Under the pieces are notes generated by a model. It did no database searches. It had not been told where the DNA came from and saw only the letters and a list, made by a program, of their open reading frames with translations. DNA of 64,000 nucleotides from Octopus sinensis (taxonomy: Eukaryota), in the NCBI RefSeq assembly GCF_006345805.1, contig NC_043001.1, forward strand, positions 16,058,001 through 16,122,000. Reading direction: 5' to 3'. The translations under genes and the position numbers were made by a program. Positions 39,917 to 52,873 of this stretch are shown here, piece after piece. Each line of letters opens with the position of its first letter. Position 1 is the stretch's first letter.

Positions 39917-40092
39917 GTATTCTGGATACTAGGAAGCTCAATGTATTGTGACGACTAATTCCGGGTGTAAGGGGTATTTATCAGTATATTATTTTCTTAA
40001 AACCAGTTAAAAGGTTTATATTTCTTTCAGATCCACTATCGTAGATAAAATGTTAACACATACACACACAAAACGAAAATACATGCAGTAAT

Positions 40093-40412
40093 TCAGTTCT
40101 ATATTAAAGAGAAAAGGAATTATGTACATTATTTACATTATTTATGGCATATGGCGTAGTGGTTAAGAGCGCGGGTTACTAACACCAAGATTCCGAGTTC
40201 GATCCCATGTAGGGATCTGAATAATTATCATAATAATAATAATAACAATAATAACAACAACATCGAAAAATACCTTAGGAATAAGAACCCAGGTTCGAAA
40301 TTTCCCCAAGACACCAGAAGAAGGCTGGAGGGTATATCAGCCGAAACTTTGTGTTAACAACAAACAAGATGAGGACAAATATCCGTCAAATGTAAATAAT
40401 GTAAATAATGTA
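40093..40412 (+). mobile_element. tRNA-headed SINE-like element (family F) with a hammerhead-like 3' module and an inverted tail copy at its 5' end
   Basis: Head tggcgtagtggttaagagcgcggg...gagttcgatccc, (TAA)n linker, acac-CAGAAGA-a-ggctg...cagcc-GAAAC-gtgtt. Part of 40093-40145 is the reverse complement of the tail. Confidence 0.75.
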
Positions 40413-40814
40413 CGTGCAGTAACCGTTGCTCTGTGTGAAGGACACAGCGATTTAAAAATGTCCAGCTTTCTCAATATTGCAAAATCTTTTGAACACAAAG
40501 TTTGGATGAAACTGAAAGCCGCTGACGAGAATGTTTCAAATGTAAAAAAGAAAAAAAGATCATCCTAAATGCTCGGTCACGATAAGGATACAACAGTTCA
40601 GTAAACGGGATCGAAACTTTACCGATGGTGATCTCCGGAAAATCAGTGGGGACTATTACGAAATAATTTTGGTTGTCGGAGTGGACAAGCAGAACAGTGA
40701 TGCACAAGGGCATTCGATACAAGCCGTGTGTGCTGAGCAGAAGCCGATTCATGTCTGCAGAGACACAAAAACCCTCTTTGGGTCTTGTCCTTCACACATG
40801 GCAACAGTTACTGC

Positions 40815-41650
40815 ATGTACATTATTTACATTTGACGGATATTTGTCCTCATCTTGTTTGTTGTTAACACAACGTTTCAGCTGAGATACCCTCCAGCCTT
40901 CTTTAGGTGTCTTGGGGAAATTTCGAACCTGGGTTCTCATTCCTAAGATATTTTTCGATGTTATTGTTATCATTATCATTATTATTATTATTATTGAGTG
41001 AGAGAGCAGTTCATGCCATCAAAGTGACACTGGGGTAAAATATACGAAGCCCAGTATACCCATCATGACTACCCGTCTGATAAGGGTACACCAAGCACAT
41101 GCATCACAACCATATGTGCGCGACATGGTGATCTCATATCAAGATAAACAGCACATGACCTTGCAGGTGGGGCCCAGTTAGAATATTCTTCAGGTCGAGT
41201 AGCCCATCCCGCTCAAAAGGTCCCTGAATAAGGATTGTTTAAGGATGTTGAAAGAACCACCCATGTTTCCAGAGGTGAATTATTCAAACCCCAAAGAATC
41301 CCTCTCAACACATGGCTATGATGCTCCCCAACTACTTCTGCTCGTGATCAGAGATGCACATATCGTCAACCACTAAGGGACATGCTCAACTGGTTAAGGT
41401 CAAACAACTGACAAGCAAATCTGTGGTATTGAGCAGAATATTTGCTGTAGCCCATCTTTTATACCAAGAGAAAACAATGTACATGATGACACTTCCATAT
41501 TATTATTATTATTATTATTATTATTTTATTATTATTATTATTATTATTATTATATTATTATTATTTAGGCCCCTGACTGGGATCGAACTCGGAATCTTAG
41601 GGTTAGTAGCCCGCGCTCTTAACCACTATGTCATAAGCCCTTGGGCATAT
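40815..41650 (-). mobile_element. Second family F copy, interrupted in its (TAA)n linker by a family E repeat (40995-41497)
   Basis: tRNA-like head at 41575-41640 (minus strand); tail at 40815-40965 mirrors 40260-40412. Confidence 0.75.
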
Positions 41651-41699
41651 GGCGTAAAGTCTGACCGAAAATAACAGATGGCTATGTGCAAATTTGTCT

Positions 41700-42475
41700 G
41701 ACATCCTCAAAGTGAAGAAGACTAAGTGATGGATTCAGAAGTGGTGGATAACGAAAACGATGTCCCCCTCACATCTTTCCACAGGATTTTAGAATGCTGT
41801 TGAATAAGTAGAGATGCCGGAGACAGTTGTTAAACCCTGGATGGATGAAGTACGCAAGGAAAGGCCGTACATATTTCAACAAGACACAACTTCTCACAAA
41901 GCCTACATGACCCAAGAACTTATGTCTGACAATGGATGGAAGCACTCCGTCGGTTACGACGACAAGGGTTCCGGTTGATCCGATCAACGGAACAGCCTGC
42001 TCGTGAAATTAACGTGCAAGTGGCTGAGCATTCCACAGACACGTGTACCCTTAATGTAGTTCTCGGGGATATTCAGTGTGACACAGAGAGTGACAAGGCC
42101 GGCCCTTTGAAATACAGGTACAACAGGAATCGAAACCGCGATCCTACGACCGCGAGTTCGCTGCCCTAACCACTGGGCCATTGCGCCTCCACGTCTGACA
42201 AGGATTACGATCATGGATCATCAAACTTGTGGCCTTCAAACACGCCATATGTAAATCCTATGGACCTTTGGACCTATGGACCTTTGAACCTATGGACCTT
42301 TGGAGCGTTGTTGCAAGGGAGACTAATCAACATCTCTACAAAACCGTATCTTCACTGAAGGCTAACATTGTCCAGGGGAAGTCCAAGATGTATAAAGACC
42401 CTTTAGTTGCACACATGTCAACGATTTCTGTCCCGCATTGAAGCAATCATCGAAACTAGAGGCAGATTCGTAAAT
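41700..42475 (+). mobile_element. Tc1-like transposase remnant interrupted by a family C SINE (41937-42190, -)
   Basis: VVKPWMDEVRKERPYIFQQD, LWPSNTPYVNPMD, WSVVARET, RIEAIIETRG. SINE TSD approximately gtctgacaa. Confidence 0.7.
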
Positions 42476-43614
42476 TAATTTCATAAGAAAGCTTACCAAG
42501 AGCACACGTACAAATTTTGATTCAAATATTTGTAGTTTTATTTACTAGATTAGAGTTGCTTTATGAAGGCGGCGAGCTGGCAGACCCGTTAGCACGCCGG
42601 GCGAAATGCTTAGCAGTATTTCGTCTGGCGTTACGTTCTGAGTTCAAATTCCGCCGAGGTCGACTTTGCCTTTCATCCTTTCGGGGGCGATAAATTAAGT
42701 ACCAGTTAGGCACTGGGGTCGATGTAATCGAATTAATCCGTTTGTCTGTCTCTATTTGTCCTCTCTTTGTTTAGCCCCTTGTGGGTAATAAAGAAATAAG
42801 ATTAGAGTTACTTTATTAAATTGTCAAATATATCCTCAAACGAGTCTTACACTTTGTAGGTTCACTCGTGTGTGTGTGTGTAACTGTGTCTGTGTTTGTC
42901 TTCTCATCGCCGCTGACAACCGGTGTTCATGCGTTTGCGTCCACGTAACTTGGTGGTTCGGCAAAAAGGGTCCGATAGAATAAACACTAAGCTTTACAAT
43001 AATACTGGACATACCTGTATGGAATGATACTAAGTGCAAACACACACACATATAATATATGGTAAAATAATCACGTACATTCACTTATACTATTTTACTT
43101 GTCATTGGAGTGAGGTCATGCTGGGGTATCACCTTGTAGCGTTAGTTGAACAAATCCACCCCAGTACTTATTTTAAGTCTGGTACAGATTCTCTCAAACT
43201 CTTTTGCCAAACTTCTAGGTTTCGGGAGCATAAACAAATCCCCACCACACACACACACGCACACACACAACGCGTTTCACACTGTTTCTGTCTACCATAT
43301 TCACTTACAAGGCATTGGTAGGCTCGGTGGTATAGTAGAAGTCGACTTTGCCTTTCATCCTTTCGGGGTCGATAAATTAGTACCAGTTAGGCACTGGGGT
43401 CGATGTAATCGACTTAATCCGTGTGTTTGTCCTTGTTTGTTCCCTCTGTGTTTAGCCCCTTGTGGGTAGTAAAGAAATAGGTATAGTAGAGGACATTTTC
43501 CCCCAGGTTATATACAATGGAACCGAACTCGAAGTCATATGGTTGCAATCCATCCATCCATCCATTCATACATACATACATACATACAAACATACATACA
43601 TACATACATACATA

Positions 43615-43910
43615 CATTCGAGGATTACAGATCCAAGCCATCACTGGACCGGTAAAAATCTGTAAAATTTTCCAAAAGTTTACCATTTCCAGAAGTTTAT
43701 CTCTAGACATGCAACAATATGCACGCGAAGACATGCATAAAACAAAACATGCAGATCCGCACATGCACTGACTCCAAAAACTGCACACATAAACATACAT
43801 ACATGCAAAAGTAACCTGTTGGTGTTGTTGAAAGTCCAATGAAGAAGCCTTGGAACTAGGTTAGAAACCGGCTCTTTCTCTATTGACAAGAACTCGTAAA
43901 ATGAAACTAA
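43615..43910 (+). mobile_element. 3' end of a (CATA)n-associated RLE retrotransposon
   Basis: LQIQAITGPVKICKIFQKF C-terminus plus a 3' UTR shared with 45830-45930(-) and 46345-46800(-). Confidence 0.7.
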
Positions 43911-44058
43911 ATAATGACACACACGCTCACACACAAACACACACACACATACACAGACATACACACACACACATATATACATACATAAGTCAAAGATGTT
44001 TTAACAGTAGAACGATTCACATATATCTATTTCTTATCGGACACCGTTACACAATGAA

Positions 44059-44435
44059 GGAGGCGCAATGGCCCAGTGGTTAGGGCAGCGGACTCGCGGT
44101 CGTAGGATCGCGGTTTCCCAGACCGGGCGTTGTGAGTGTTTATTGAGCGAAAACACCTAAAAGCTCCACGAGGCTCCGGCAGGGGATGGTGTTGATCCCT
44201 GCTGTACTCTTTCACCACAACTTTCTCTCACTCTTACTTCCTGTTTCTGTTGTACCTCTATTTCAAAGGGCCGGCCTTGTCACTCTCTGTTTCACGCTGA
44301 ATATCCCCGAGAACTACGTTAAGGGTACATGTATCTGTGGAGTGCTCAGCCACTTGCACGTTAATTTCACGAGCAGGCTGTTTCGTTGATTCGGATCAAC
44401 CGGAACCCTCATCGTCGTAACCGACGGAGTGCTTC
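44059..44435 (+). mobile_element. SINE family C, full-length copy
   Basis: tRNA-like head ggaggcgcaatggcccagtggttagggcagcggactcgcgg; tail gtcgtaaccgacggagtgcttcca. Confidence 0.88.
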
Positions 44436-44708
44436 CACACACACAATTAAATAAATTGCTTACATCATACAAGAAATAAATTTACTGAAGCGTGTCGGCT
44501 GAGTGTTTGGTTTGGCAAACGTTTTTAGTTCTTCCTTTGCATAGGAGTGGCTGTGTGGTAAGTAGCTTGCTTACCAACCACATGGTTCCGGGTTCAGTCC
44601 CACTGCGTGGCATCTTGGGCAAGTGTCTTCTGCTATAGCCCCGGGCCGACCAATGCCTTGTGAGTGGATTTGGTAGACGGAAACTGAAAGAAGCCTGTCG
44701 TATATATG

Positions 44709-44749
<41 letters not shown>

Positions 44750-44967
44750 TTGTGTGTCTATGTTTGTCCCCCTAGCATTGCTTGACAACCGATGCTGGTG
44801 TGATTACGTCCCCGTCACTTAGCGGTTCGGCAAAAGAGACTGATAGAATAAGTACTGGGCTTACAAAGAATAAGTCCCGGGGTCGATTTGCTCGACTAAA
44901 GGCGGTGCTCCAGCATGGCCGCAGTCAAGTGACTGAAACAAGTAAAAGAAAGAAAATATATATATAC

Positions 44968-45024
<57 letters not shown>

Positions 45025-45034
45025 GTTTTTAGTA

Positions 45035-45434
45035 CCGTAAATCCTCGAGTATAGTCCGCCCTTGAGTATAATACGCAGGGGATTTTTAAGGGGCAGTATC
45101 TCTGAAAAATCTAAACCTTGTGTATAACACGCACCCCTTCTCTAACCTGAGATCTATATAACGTCCTTGGTTTGCAAAAATGTATACGGTAACGTCCTTT
45201 ATTATTATTGTACATATAACATATATTTCTTTACTACCCACAAGGGGCTAAACACAGAGGGGACAAACAAGGACAGACAAAAGGATTAAGTCGATTACAT
45301 CAACCCCAGTGCGTAACTGGTACTTAATTTTATCGACCCCGATTTTCATTTTTAACCTCGTATATAGTACGCACTAGGGATTTTGACCTTTAAATTTTGG
45401 GAAAAAAGTGCGGATTATACTCCAGGATTTGCAG
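45035..45434. mobile_element. pogo/Tigger-like MITE with a family A SINE fragment inside (45225-45342)
   Basis: TIRs CCGTAAATCCTCGAGTATAGTCCGC and GCGGATTATACTCCAGGATTTGCAG, flanked by TA. Confidence 0.75.
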
Positions 45435-46073
45435 TACATAGTTTTGCGTATATATATATATATGTGTTTGCGTAAATATTTTTAGAAATATTTTGTGGTA
45501 TTTGTACGTGAATGTAGTTGAATGCTAATGTGTACAGATATGCAATCTAAATATTGGTGCACCACATCTGTTACTTAACATCTATTAAATAAATCAAAAT
45601 ATCTAATTAAATATTTGAACAATGTCATGTAATATTGCATGAATTCTTGAAGTTTGTCAGATAATAAACCAGCCGTATCATTGTTAATCAATTATTATTT
45701 GTGATTGATATTTGAATAAAGACAGAATAGAAGAGAGTTATGAGTGCATGATGATAGATAGAGACTAACTCATATAGAAACATGTATAGTTTAGGAGCTT
45801 GACGGATATATAATATTTATGTGTTTATTCAGTTTCATTTCAAGGTTCCTTGTCAATAGAGAAAGAACTGGTTTCTAACCTAAATCCAAGGCTCCGTCAT
45901 TGGAATTTCAACATCAGCAACAGGGTATTTTTGTATGTATGCATGTATGTATGTATGTATGTATGTATGTATGTATGTATGTATGTATGTATGTATGTAT
46001 GTATGTATGTATGTATGTATGTATGTATGTATGTATGTATGTATGTATGTATGTATGTATTTATGTATGTATG

Positions 46074-46107
<34 letters not shown>

Positions 46108-46344
46108 TGTATGTATGTATGTATGTATGTATGTATGTATGTATTATGCATGTATGTATGTATGTATGTATGTATGTATGTATGTATGTATGTATGTATT
46201 TATGTATGTATGTATTTATGTATGTATGTATTTATGTATGTATGTATATATGTATGTATGTATTTATGTATGTATGTATGTATATATGTATGTATGTATG
46301 TGTTTGTATGTATGTATGTGTGTGTATGTATGTACATATATTAT

Positions 46345-47605
46345 AGTTCAGTTTTATTTCAAGATTTCTTGAATAGAGAAAGAACCGGTTTCTATCCTAG
46401 ATCCAAGGCTGCTTCATTGGAATTTCAACATCAACAACAGGGTATTTTGTTTATGTATGTTTATGTATGTAGGTGTGTATATGTGCAGATTTGTATATTT
46501 TGTTTTATGTATGTATTCTCTTGCATATGGTCGCATATCTAGACATGCTCATATATATTTAAATGATAAATTTCTGAAAAGTTTTACAGATTTTTACAGT
46601 TCCAGTAATGGATTGGATCTGTAGTCTTCGAATTAGCTTTCGCATTTCTGATTTTAAGAAACCTATTTTTTTTTAAGATTGGTATTTAAACAGTGTGTTA
46701 CATATCCCGGTACCCCAATAATTACAGGCATAAACCTGGGCTTGTAATATGGATAGAGTAACTGGAGATTTCTCAGTAGTTCAGCGTATGTATTTATATA
46801 TGGTGGTTGTCTACTCCTTATGCAGAGTCTGACCACATCTTGTACTTACACCTTTGAACCATCATGGCATCTGATAAGGCTTTTTAAACTAGACAATGTA
46901 TTGATACCCACATAGACTGCATACCTGATTTGGGCCACTAAGATCTGCAGTTACGTTCCGATCTTCGTGGGTCTTAAAATATCTTTGGGACGTAATCAAC
47001 ACAGACAAATTCAAATTTGGAACTTGAGAAAAGTCTTGCATATTTTTACTGTTCCACTCACAGATTACACTTGTAATATACGAATCAGCCGATTGATTTC
47101 TCTTTCTGAAAATCCCAGTTTATCCAGATTCCCTTTTAAGCATTTACTAACAAAACCTAGCGCAGCAATTATTATTGGTATGCATAAGAATTCATAGTCT
47201 GGATGTAGAAGCTAGAGGCTTCGAAGCAGTTGTCCATAGATGTCTTTTTTTCTTTGATTTTCAAAAAGATATATCTGCAGGGCAGCTGACCTCTATGATG
47301 GTACGTACCTTTGCCCCTCTGTCCCAAACGACAGTATACGGCCTGTTATGTTTACATTTGACAGACGTTTTGATGGGAATATTCCACCGGTGTTCGTTGA
47401 GTTGAAGTTTATGAATGTATTCCATAACAGACGGATTTTCTAAGTTTATTTCAGGACAGTCTCTTTTGCGGATAGTATTGTAAACTGTTTTAACAACAAC
47501 ATCGTACTAAATAGAGAGGCGGTACCGTGACGACATTTTAGGACAGCTGCTAATCACATGCGTTATGTCTTCCACAGAAACATGACATGACCTACTACTG
47601 CGCTT
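46345..47605 (-). mobile_element. Two tandem 3' fragments of an RLE-type non-LTR retrotransposon in (TATG)n
   Basis: CHVSVEDITHVISSCPKMS knuckle, KHNRP..VVWDR..IIEVSCPAD, IPIIIAALG, YAELLRNLQLLYP..MPVIIG. Confidence 0.75.
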
Positions 47606-47625
47606 ACATGAATGTATGCATGTAC

Positions 47626-47656
<31 letters not shown>

Positions 47657-47914
47657 TGTATGTATGTATGTATGTATGTATGTATGTATGTATGCATGTA
47701 TGTATGTGTGGTCGATTCGAGACACAGCTGTGTTCAATGAAACGTTCAGTTGTAATATCAAATTTGACGTTAAAAACTACTGCGTAGAAATTATATCTTT
47801 CATAATTAAAAGGCAGTTTCCTAGTCTCCATAAATGAGTAAACACACACACACACACACATATATTTATACATACATACATATATATATATACATATATA
47901 TATATATATTATAC

Positions 47915-47947
<33 letters not shown>

Positions 47948-48191
47948 CATATATATATACATATATATATATACATATATATATTTGAGTAATTGAATGA
48001 ATTATCTTATTAAGGATAATTCGAAAGATAACCGATACCTGGGTAGCAAATTCACATCAGAAAGAACACGGTTGAAGCTACGTCCCTGGGGCATAGACTA
48101 CGTGTCTTCGTGCGGAAATTTGTATGTTTATTTTAAAATTATAAGTTTATGAAAGAATGGAGTTGAACGACTAGTTAACAAATATCCTTTA

Positions 48192-48274
48192 TTCTCGACA
48201 TATGTTTCGAAGGCTGCATATTCCTAATTCCGAAGGAATAAGGAGTACATTATGCAGATTTCTCATCAGGAAAA
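48192..48274 (-). ncRNA. Type I hammerhead ribozyme motif (canonical core)
   Basis: Minus strand: ttttc CTGATGA gaa..ctgcata..ttcc TTCG gaa..tatgcag..ttc GAAA C ATAT G TC / gagaa. Confidence 0.85.
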
Positions 48275-48867
48275 TCAAGGAACTTATGTCGACATCAAAA
48301 TGCACAAAAATCTTTTAGCTGACCGCTCTCAAGGAGCCCATGGCGATAATGAGTGTCTCTTTATAATGAGTGACGTCAGAGTGGCTGAATGTAGAAGAAT
48401 CTAGAAGTTTCTAAAGGTTCAAGAGTTCAAACGAAGTAGGAGGAGGGAGGCATAAGAATAGTAAGGTGAGAGAGTGCAGCTCAAAAGAATGGTGGGTTTA
48501 AATGATTTCTTTTGTGAATGAGTGCCTGTGTGTGTGACTGTATATAACAAACACAATCACGCATTCATACACACACATACACACATTAAGACAGTTATAT
48601 ACAGTCACACACACAGGCACTCATTCACAAAAGAAATCATTTAAACCCACCATTCTTTTGAGCTGCACTCTCTCACCTTACTATTCTTATGCCTCCCTCC
48701 TCCTACTTCGTTTGAACTCTTGAACCTTTAGAAATTTCTAGATTCTTCTACATTCAGCCACTCTGACGTCACTCATTATAAAGAGACACTCATTATCGCC
48801 ATGGGCTCCTTGAGAGCGGTCAGCTAAAAGTTTTTTGTGCATTTTGATGTCGACATAAGTTCCTTGA

Positions 48868-48950
48868 TTTTCCTGATGAGAAATCTGCATAATGTACTCC
48901 TTATTCCTTCGGAATTAGGAATATGCAGCCTTCGAAATATATGTCGAGAA
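48868..48950 (+). ncRNA. Type I hammerhead ribozyme motif (C-to-T at the stem III pair)
   Basis: CTGATGA at 48873-48879, GAAA at 48934-48937, T-ATAT-G, then TC with predicted cleavage after 48945; stem I ttttc/gagaa. Confidence 0.75.
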
Positions 48951-49038
48951 TAAAGGATATTTGTTAACTAGTCGTTCAACTCCATTCTTTCATATACTTA
49001 TAATTTTAAAATATATACATATATATACATATATACAC

Positions 49039-49086
<48 letters not shown>

Positions 49087-49531
49087 GTATGTATATGTAT
49101 ATATATATATATATATAATATATATATTATATATATATATATATATCTATATATATATATATACACACACATACACGTACGTACATGTGATGATTCTCAC
49201 GACGAAGATGACGTATGCGTCTTCAACTTTTGCAGAAGGATATATTTCCATTACAGGAACGCATACAGAAAGGACGTTCATGTACTGGAAATATTTCCTC
49301 AGTTCACTTTGAATTTAATTAATTTTGGATCGCCTCGTAAGCGCTGCGTTACCATGTATTTTCGGAAATATTAATTTCGATGATATTTTCTAAATCTAAA
49401 TATGTTAATATAAGAGAGAGACAATTGTGAATTCTATAATTAAAGATTTAATTTTCTCTATACGTACTTTTGTGATATATATATATACATATATATATGT
49501 GCGTATATATATATATATATATATAATATAT

Positions 49532-49562
<31 letters not shown>

Positions 49563-49813
49563 TATATAGATATATAGTAAAATTTAGATTCAGATGAATA
49601 TGGTACTTAAGTCAAAGGCACCAGAATTTGGTATGGTATTATCCATATAAATTCATAGGGTGATTATAATCAAAATAAGCAACAAGTATATCCGTGGTAA
49701 TGTGGTACAACCTTAGCATGAAACGATTGGACCACATTACCTCGGATATACTTGTTGCTTATTTTGATAATTTATATATATACATATATATATACATATA
49801 CATATACATATAT

Positions 49814-49927
<114 letters not shown>

Positions 49928-50194
49928 TGTATGCATATTTATGAGTGTGTGTCTATTTTACATTTTGTACCCTCACCATCGCTTGAAACCGATGTTGATA
50001 TGTCTACATACCTGTAATCGGCGGTTTGGCATAAGTGACCGATAAAATAAGTACTAGGCATACAAAGACTAAGTTCTGAGGTCGATTTCTTCGACTAAAA
50101 CCCTTTAAGATGGTGCTCCAGCTTGGCTGCAGTCAAATGACTGCAACATGTAAATGAATAAAGGAATAAAGAATATATATGTATGTATATATAC

Positions 50195-50232
<38 letters not shown>

Positions 50233-50394
50233 TATTATATATATTATATATATATATATAATATATTATATATATAATATATTATATTCCTTAATATATA
50301 TATTCCTTAATAAATGAAAATAGTATATAAACCAAAGACCATGTTTGTTTACTTATCTTTTTCATTTTTTATATGTATGTATGTATATATATAC

Positions 50395-50426
<32 letters not shown>

Positions 50427-50631
50427 GCAGATAAAAGCTATTAGGCTTATATTTAAATATGATACATAGGCGCAGGCGTGCCTGTGTTGTAAGTAGTTCG
50501 CTGACCAACTACATGGCTCCGGGTTCAATCCCACTGCGCGGCATCTTGGACATGTGTCATCTACTATAGCCTCAGGCCGATGAAAGCCTTGTGAGTGAAT
50601 TTGGTAGACGGAAACTGAAAGAAGCCCGACG

Positions 50632-50678
<47 letters not shown>

Positions 50679-51416
50679 AGATAGACGCAAAACTTACAGG
50701 AGAATGCGTATTTTTTAAACTCGGAACCTGATTTTGGAAGATCAGAATTACGTAATAGTTATAAAGTTCATAATTAGTAGATGAAATATGCAAAGCGCTA
50801 TAAATATACAATCAGTTGATGGCCGCATAGAGACATTATCGTAATATCGGCATCCTTCATCAGGAGGGAAATCTAGCAAGTAGTAGTTCACATCATAGTG
50901 CGGGAATTGTAGCGGTGGAATGGGAGAAGAGAAAGAGAGATTGTAAAAGGCAGGGAGAGTGGGGATGCAGGCAGCTTAGCGAGAGAGGTAGAGGGAGAGT
51001 AAGAAGAGATAAGAACTACAAGGCGGAGGGATGGTAAGGTAAGTAATCGGTCAAGCGAACAAATGTAGAAGTGGTGAGCTGGAGGAAGGAGAGAAAGGGT
51101 CAGTACTGGGAAAGAAATGCTGTTGGTGGTTGGGTATGTTGTTAAGCAGATCTTCAATCAATTAGTGATGGTTGTAGCTCTAGAAAACTAGAGGAAGAGT
51201 CAAGGAATGAAGAACGAAATGGAGTAGAGCTGCGGAGGAGGAGCGCTGCTGAGATTTGGAGAAGAAGAGAAAAGAGCAGATTGTGAAACAATTAAGGATT
51301 GGGGCTGGTTATGGATACAGCCAATAAGAGGCAAAGAAGGAATTCGAGGGATGAGGATGGGGCAGCGGCAAAGGAAGATATACTGAGTTATGGAGAAATC
51401 TACAAAAAGAATAGAG

Positions 51417-51451
<35 letters not shown>

Positions 51452-52307
51452 GCGTGCGTGAGAGAGAGAGAGAGAAAAGTGAAAGAGAAAGGATATGTTG
51501 CTAGCATAGCTAAGTGGTAAGTTAGGGTTGAATCATAGTTATGAACATTACGACTATTACGCAATTCCGAGCTCCTAGAAACAGCTGTCGAGTTAAAAAG
51601 CTATGCATTCTCCCTTTAGTTTTTTGCATTTTTTGTACTCCATATACAGTAAATTTAGTAGTCAATATATATAAAAATCTATCTGCTTGTACACATGTAT
51701 CTTTTACTTGTTTCTGTAATTTGACTGCGGCCATGCTGGAGCACCACTATGATGTGTTTATCTTCTGCATATATTTGGTTTTAGTATCTGTATATATCCA
51801 TAAGTGCATTACGTATGTATATATGTATGTATATTTATATATATATCAAGCTTAATCGTGTTTATCTGCATCACAATCTCCATGTCAGCGCATCTGGATT
51901 TCTCTGAGGTCGATTTGTTCGTTTAAACTTGTCAAGGCGGTGCCCCAGCATGGGCGAAGTCTAATGACCGAAGGAATTAAAAATTAAACGATATGAAATA
52001 AAGGTATAATCTTAGATTTTCGGATAGCGTGTGAGTAGGATTTAATAGGTGAAACCATCTTGACGAGAGGTTCTCTAACTTTTGGGGCCACATAGCCACA
52101 TAATACCCTCTGCGCACCCACTCCTATTTTTATGTATAAATAAATATTTTATACAAGGATGTTAAAAAAGTCTCCCCGTAGTAGGTATTTAATGGTTTTC
52201 GGGCGATTCTTGTACACTTATCCTTAATTGCTGGTCTGGTGGTGTTAAATCAGGTGATTTTGGTGACCAAAGTCCCTTCTAACCACAGCCATATAAATAA
52301 AAAAATA

Positions 52308-52873
52308 TTGGGTTGTCCGGAAAGTTCGTGCCGATTTATAGTAGCTTACATTTCGACTTATTTTAGAACATGGTTGAGTCCATAAAATAGGATTTGACTA
52401 CACCTCCATTTAGAGCACAGCTTAAGCTATCTTTTCGTGGGAGAAGGTTTATGTTCCTATAACATGTGTTAATTTTGTAAGCCTTTAAAATGGAAGATAA
52501 GAAAGTTCATTTTCGGCATTTGATGCTTTGGGAACCAGACAAAAATTGCCGCACCTCGGCTGGGATGTGATACCCCACCCTCCATATTCACCAGATATTA
52601 CTCCTTCGGATTTCCCCGTATTCAGGTCTCTGCAGAATAGTCTTAATGGTAAAAATTTCAATTCCTTGGATGACGTAAAAAGATACCTTGATGAATTCTT
52701 TGCCATGAAACCACCTCAATTGTGGGAAGAGGGTATTTTCAAGTTAAAGGAAAGATGGAGACGCATTGTGCAACAAATTGGTTCATATTTGGTTGATTAG
52801 AAATGTAATGGCAAGTATTTATTGACCCTTTTCTTTCTGTTAAAGATGGGTACGAACTTTCCGGACAACCTAA
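52308..52873 (+). mobile_element. Internally deleted mariner element
   Basis: Both TIRs present with TA flanks. Transposase start MEDKKVHFRHLML at 52490 is joined to the C-terminus LGWDVIPHPPYSPDITPSDF...GIFKLKERW. Confidence 0.92.

Larger units (their letters stand above)
48130..49012. mobile_element. Large palindrome (two ~419-bp arms, 45-bp spacer) with a hammerhead in each arm; Penelope inverted-pLTR/retrozyme-like
   Basis: 48130-48548 is the reverse complement of 48594-49012 with only a few mismatches. Confidence 0.9.

Noticed and set aside
40146-40210. tRNA gene
   Set aside because: A and B boxes are present but there is no proper acceptor stem; it is a SINE head. The same applies to the heads of families A-D.
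43836-43880. Hammerhead-like ATGAAGA-agcct...aggtt-AGAAACCGG in the RLE element 3' UTR
   Set aside because: The core C is missing, there is an extra base before GAAA, no stem I is evident, and the other copies do not restore the core.
45850-46542. Long MYVC/HTYI/IYIY-type ORFs throughout the ORF track
   Set aside because: These are translations of stop-free microsatellites.
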